The position numbers and the translations under genes are program-made. From the IMG/VR virus record IMGVR_UViG_2706794693_000007: a stretch of DNA of 39,432 nt, one strand, 5' to 3'. A model generated the notes under the pieces. The model was not told the origin of the DNA, made no database searches, and was given only the letters and a program-made list of their open reading frames with translations. The DNA comes from a virus. Its lineage: Duplodnaviria > Heunggongvirae > Uroviricota > Caudoviricetes. Numbering within the stretch: the first letter of the stretch is position 1; every line of letters starts with the position of its first letter. Shown here piece after piece: positions 35,629 through 39,432 of this stretch.

Positions 35629-37716
35629 TCAGGCCAGCGGATCACTTTCTTTTAATTTCGCTTCGAGCAGTTGCAATCCCCGCTGGAAATTACGCTCGTA
35701 TTCTTCATCAGGTTCATCGTCAGCGACCGGTTGCTGAACGGTCACCGTATTACCCACAGGGCGGTATATGTTTTCCAGCCAGGGCTCCTGCGGCTTGTGC
35801 TCCAGCACGTTGACAACCTCATCCTCGGCATCACGGATTTTTTCCTCTGCGCGTTTACGCATGCCTTTAAGGCGCTGCTGCTGTTTGTAGTATTCCGCGC
35901 TGACAGGGAAGGCTTCGCGTTTATTGCCGTCCCATACCGCCTCGCAAATCACGCTGCCATCCGGGCGGCGCACGGTAATTCGTTCGGCATCATGAATGTC
36001 ATAGCTGATAAGTACCTTACGGCCATGCTCGTCACGCAGCTCGGGCGCGTAGTAAATATTATTCAGCCAGCGTATTTCACAGCGTCTTACAGGGCGCTCC
36101 ACCATCGGCCGGAACATATCCCGCAGTTCAACATCGGACAGCCATTCAATTTCCGTGTCCTCTTCCGCCAGGCGTTTTTTTCTGAACTCCGCCGGGCTGT
36201 AATGTTTACCGTTCGGCTTCATGGGTAATTCATCGTGCGGCCGGTTGTTGTACCACTCAACACCGTCACGAATGGCATCAATCAGTTCAGACCAGGACGG
36301 TAAATCACGCATCGCTGACTGCTGCCGGGCGTTCAGCCGTTTGCCCTGTTGCAGGGCACTGAATGCCGAGCGTAAATCGCGGTTGGTTTTACGTAACGTC
36401 TCGCGATCTGCTCCTTTCCCGAAATAGGTGCGGTATTTACGGGCTATGCGCATCGGTAATGTGCGGTTAAGCCGTTCGATAATGCCCCGTCCCTGCGGAT
36501 TACCGGCAATCCCTGTCGGGTGATTAATCCCCAGTCGTGGCAGTATCCCCACAATCTCCTTATCCAGGACGTCGGCGGTTTCCCCGGAGCCATTATCCGA
36601 GTAATACAGAAACGGTTTGCCATGATGGCGAATACCGTGCTGTATGGCACCGGCTACGGCGAAAACATTTTCAGCCAGGTCAAGGCTCCAGCCCACCACA
36701 AAGCGCGTGCCACCGTCGATAACAAAGGTCACTTCCGGTGCGAATGGCCGCCCGTGAACCGGGTGCGCGCATTTCAGCTTCATGCCGTGACCGTCACCAA
36801 TCCAGACATAATTCACCGGCATTCTGGACCAGTCGCGGCGCGTGAATCCCTCAAGCTGACGGTATTCACTGCCAGTTACCCGGCCTTTTTGTTTCACCAC
36901 TTCCGGCAGTTTCTTCATTGCGCGGCGAATGGTGTCATAAGAGGGCATGATATCGAGCATATAAGGCTCATCAGCGTGCCGGTGCTGCCATTCAGCAACA
37001 AAATCCTCGTAAGCCTCGGTCATTGGTCGGCCGTTTGACTGGCGATACTGCGCCAGAAATTCGGGCAGCCAGTTAATATCTTCGGCTTTTATTTCCTGGC
37101 GTTTACCCGGTGCCAGTAAAAGCAGGCGTTCAGCGGCGTTCTGTGCCTTGTTAAAGGCCGCAATCCAGCGTTTCAGCGTGATTTCACTCAACGCGCGGCT
37201 GTTTCCCTTTTTGGCGTTCGCCGTCTCAACCATTGCCACAATGCGCTCGTCCAGTTGTGATCGTGCCAGGCTGTTAACGAGGAACCGGATAGCTTTAGCG
37301 CAGCTGAAACCGGGTTGTTGCGTGAATTTCAGCACCTCACTGACGATCGCAATGCGTGCGTCTGCCACCTGGCGCTGGTTTTCAGTCAGGGCATTGAGGC
37401 GTTCGACCATCAGTTGTGGTGATCCGCGATATGCCTCCACCGCATCAACCACGGCAGACGAGCGTCTGGCCTTTGTCACCACCGGAGCCGGTGATTCATC
37501 GGCTTTTTGCGTCATCAGTTGCAGGGCATAACGTTCGCGTAATGCCTGCTGTGTCACTTCAGGTAAACAGTCAATGCTGTATTCAAAACCTTTAGCGCCT
37601 TTCTTGCGGCGTCTGCTGGTTTCGCTGGTTGCATACTTCCTGATTGAATAGCGAACGCCTTGCTCCGTTCCCGGCATCCCCGGTAATCCAACCAGTTCTT
37701 TAACTGAAGCAAACAT
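35629..37716 (-). CDS. A: Mu A-like DDE transposase
   Basis: 695 aa; located between ner and B; size and domain order as MuA. Confidence 0.9.
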   Translation of the reverse strand: MFASVKELVGLPGMPGTEQGVRYSIRKYATSETSRRRKKGAKGFEYSIDCLPEVTQQALRERYALQLMTQKADESPAPVVTKARRSSAVVDAVEAYRGSPQLMVERLNALTENQRQVADARIAIVSEVLKFTQQPGFSCAKAIRFLVNSLARSQLDERIVAMVETANAKKGNSRALSEITLKRWIAAFNKAQNAAERLLLLAPGKRQEIKAEDINWLPEFLAQYRQSNGRPMTEAYEDFVAEWQHRHADEPYMLDIMPSYDTIRRAMKKLPEVVKQKGRVTGSEYRQLEGFTRRDWSRMPVNYVWIGDGHGMKLKCAHPVHGRPFAPEVTFVIDGGTRFVVGWSLDLAENVFAVAGAIQHGIRHHGKPFLYYSDNGSGETADVLDKEIVGILPRLGINHPTGIAGNPQGRGIIERLNRTLPMRIARKYRTYFGKGADRETLRKTNRDLRSAFSALQQGKRLNARQQSAMRDLPSWSELIDAIRDGVEWYNNRPHDELPMKPNGKHYSPAEFRKKRLAEEDTEIEWLSDVELRDMFRPMVERPVRRCEIRWLNNIYYAPELRDEHGRKVLISYDIHDAERITVRRPDGSVICEAVWDGNKREAFPVSAEYYKQQQRLKGMRKRAEEKIRDAEDEVVNVLEHKPQEPWLENIYRPVGNTVTVQQPVADDEPDEEYERNFQRGLQLLEAKLKESDPLA

Positions 37717-37718
37717 AA

Positions 37719-37949
37719 TTACGCGACCTTACGAATGTAGCGGCTGGGCCAAATCTCCTCGGGCGGCACCCCCAGGCATTCCGCGATAATCCCCTCATAC
37801 TTGGGAACATGGCGGTATACCGCGTTGTACAGATTGTTCTGACCCACGCCAGCTTTACGGGCCAGCGCCCTCATGCTTCCTTCTCTGGCTCTGACTTCCC
37901 CCAAAATTCTTTGAGGATGCCAATCAGGCTTAACTTCATTTCTCGCCAT
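37719..37949 (-). CDS. ner: Ner-like DNA-binding regulator
   Basis: 76 aa; PDWHP...ALARKAGV...LYNAV...IWPSRY matches the Ner/Nlp family. Confidence 0.85.
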   Translation of the reverse strand: MARNEVKPDWHPQRILGEVRAREGSMRALARKAGVGQNNLYNAVYRHVPKYEGIIAECLGVPPEEIWPSRYIRKVA

Positions 37950-37980
37950 GATTCATCTATCCTAAAAAGTTACGAAATTT

Positions 37981-38000
37981 GATAACTAAACTTAGTTATC
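37981..38000. promoter_or_regulatory. Candidate operator: perfect 9-bp inverted repeat GATAACTAA-AC-TTAGTTATC between ner and the repressor gene
   Basis: Palindrome seen directly; position in the divergent early control region. Confidence 0.4.
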
Positions 38001-38016
38001 AAGTTTGATATAAGTA

Positions 38017-38079
38017 TTGATCCACTTCTGCTTCATGTAAAGCAAAAAAAACATCTTTCTTTTGTCTATTGTGGATCAA
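38017..38079. promoter_or_regulatory. Inverted repeat TTGATCCAC ... GTGGATCAA (each arm contains GATC) flanking an A-rich tract in the c/ner control region
   Basis: Arms at 38017-38025 and 38071-38079. Confidence 0.35.
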
Positions 38080-38134
38080 TGGTTGCTGACAACACTAAAA
38101 GTTAATAATTTCAAATTGATAGGAAGAAAAGAAA

Positions 38135-38680
38135 ATGAACAAGCAAACAACAACATCTCTTTCTTTTCCTGGTGGTAGAAAAGAAAGCATTGCTGAGCGT
38201 CTGAAAAGGCTGATTGGCTCCCGCAGCGTCAGAGCTGCAGCAAGAGATTGGGGGCTTTCATTTTCAACACTAAACAATTATCTGTCTCGTGGCACTGAGC
38301 CATCCTTAAGTGTCGCCCTTCAGATTGCGTCTATCGAAGGAGTAAGTGTTGAGTGGCTATGTGGATTCAGTGATGCATCACAAGTGAATCGGTGTGAGAT
38401 CAAGGAAAATCAAGATGAAAGCAAGAAGATAATTATGACGATTATCAGCGCACTTGATGAAAAAGACTTAGAGCAGCTATCGAAAAATTTGGTTCTGAAT
38501 GGAGCCAAGTACTTAGCTCGGTTGTTAGAGCCTGAAAATCAAGATCTAATCCGCTTAGAAGGAAGGAAAAGAATAGCTGCATTACAGCTTGAAGGTATGT
38601 CTGACGAACGCGTCAGAGAGATTTTGGAAGAAACTGAGAGAAGTCGCAAATCTAACGCGGTAGAACCAAAAGCGGGTTAA
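38135..38680 (+). CDS. Putative prophage repressor (c-like), HTH N-terminus and coiled-coil C-terminus
   Basis: 181 aa, divergent from ner as in Mu; sequence not recognisably Mu c itself. Confidence 0.6.
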   Translation: MNKQTTTSLSFPGGRKESIAERLKRLIGSRSVRAAARDWGLSFSTLNNYLSRGTEPSLSVALQIASIEGVSVEWLCGFSDASQVNRCEIKENQDESKKIIMTIISALDEKDLEQLSKNLVLNGAKYLARLLEPENQDLIRLEGRKRIAALQLEGMSDERVREILEETERSRKSNAVEPKAG

Positions 38681-38754
38681 TAGCATTAGCCCGCATTTTG
38701 CACTATATCGAGTATTTCGCATTGTTTGGAACGCCTTAAAAGACTAAAACCACA

Positions 38755-38913
38755 GTATCAAATGAGTTGCCGATTTTATAATAAATGACTAATTATTGCA
38801 CAATCGGTATCAAATAGACCTTATCCGCACATCTAGCCATCACCTGTTTTATTTCAGTATCTTACAGGTGATTTCACCTCCTTTCACTAAACCCCTTGTC
38901 GGTATCAAATGAT
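38755..38913. repeat. Prophage end region with three direct copies of a GTATCAAAT(G/A) motif (candidate transposase binding sites)
   Basis: Copies at 38755-38766, 38817-38827, 38902-38913; sequence ends ...TTCA at 38916. Confidence 0.5.
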
Positions 38914-39237
38914 TCACCTGGTTATATGTCGCCAGTCGATACCTTCCAGCAGCATCGCCAGCTGCGCCTGTGTAAGGAACACTTTGCCATCACGGGCTGA
39001 CGGCCAGGCGAAGCGCCCACGCTCCAGCCGTTTGGTCAGGAGGCACAGTCCGTCACTGGTGGACCACAGCAGTTTAACCTGACTGCCGCTGCGGCCCCGG
39101 AAAATGAAAACATGGCCGGACATGGGATCGTCTTTCAGCGCCGTCTGTACTTTCGCAGCCAGGCCGTTGAAGCCATTTCTCATATCGGTGATACCGGCAA
39201 CCAGCCAAATTTTGATCCCGGAAGGTAACGGGATCAT
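38914..39237 (-). CDS. tnpB: IS66-family TnpB (Orf2), probably with altered C-terminus at the prophage junction
   Basis: MIPLPSGIKIWLVAGITDMRNGFNGLAAKVQ...LEGIDWR characteristic of IS66 Orf2; stop codon lies in the phage-end TTCA. Confidence 0.8.
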   Translation of the reverse strand: MIPLPSGIKIWLVAGITDMRNGFNGLAAKVQTALKDDPMSGHVFIFRGRSGSQVKLLWSTSDGLCLLTKRLERGRFAWPSARDGKVFLTQAQLAMLLEGIDWRHITR

Positions 39238-39432
39238 CGCTTCAGTTCCTGTATCAGCAGAGTCAGGAGCTTTTCGCTGACATTGCCATTGAAGCGGAGC
39301 GTCCCGTGCCGGAACGTTACCTCACAGCTGATACTGAGGGTTTTCGGGTCCTCTGCGAGCGATTCTGGCTGTTCGGCAGCTGCATCGAGAGTCACAGGAA
39401 GTAGCTGGGGGCTCTCTGAAGAAGGTAATAGC
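38917..39432 (-). mobile_element. IS66-family insertion sequence fragment (tnpA-tnpB), lacking its transposase gene on this side
   Basis: IS66 orf1/orf2 pair with ATGA overlap; expected third gene replaced by prophage sequence. Confidence 0.7.
39234..39432 (-). CDS. tnpA: IS66-family TnpA (Orf1), 3' part only
   Basis: Open frame ending ...NGNVSEKLLTLLIQELKR with stop overlapping the tnpB start as ATGA. Confidence 0.6.
   Translation of the reverse strand, partial: LLPSSESPQLLPVTLDAAAEQPESLAEDPKTLSISCEVTFRHGTLRFNGNVSEKLLTLLIQELKR

Larger units (their letters stand above)
1..38916 (-). mobile_element. Mu-like transposable prophage, most of the element; c-proximal (left) end at about 38916, other end not resolved in this window
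   Basis: Mu-order gene set: c-like repressor divergent from ner-A-B, Gam, GemA, Mor/C, lysis, terminase, portal, head, tail, invertible tail-fibre segment, gin, com, mom; end-like repeats at 38755-38913. Confidence 0.85.

Noticed and set aside
38914-38930. Exact base of the prophage/IS66 junction
   Set aside because: Plausibly after the TTCA at 38916, but without an intact IS66 reference I cannot fix the junction to the base.
1-39432. CRISPR arrays, rRNA genes, integrase/attachment sites
   Set aside because: No regularly spaced direct repeats, no rRNA-like sequence, and no integrase; the element uses a DDE transposase, so no att site is expected.

Overview
Almost the whole window is a Mu-like transposable prophage in an enterobacterial-type background, with most genes on the minus strand. 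Reading leftward from its c-proximal end at about 38.9 kb: repressor (+), ner, transposase A, ATPase B, a 4.5 kb block of small early genes including Gam and GemA, one Mor/C activator, SAR endolysin with overlapped spanins, small and large terminase, portal, head genes, sheath and tube, tape measure, baseplate, and a tail fibre that ends in a Gin-type invertible segment (1-1331). That prophage end abuts an IS66 fragment (tnpA 3' part plus tnpB, 38917-39432), so the phage appears to have transposed into an IS66 copy. Positions 1751-6691 (+) carry gin, a 684-aa SASA-family (NanS-p-like) esterase cargo gene, three small ORFan genes and com-mom. Three N-runs (1538-1750, 6692-6893, 14910-15161) interrupt the sequence. 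A 71-bp exact duplicate flanks the first two, and the tail-fibre ORF rejoins in frame across them, so the gin-to-mom block is probably misplaced or inverted in this record (assembly artefact or a real rearrangement). I found no CRISPR array and no confident rRNA or tRNA gene. I did not recognise a defence system; the most unusual content is the cargo between gin and com/mom, an antisense gene pair in the early operon, and several duplicated or orphan small genes. All calls rest on reading the translations and sequence by eye; no database search was run.
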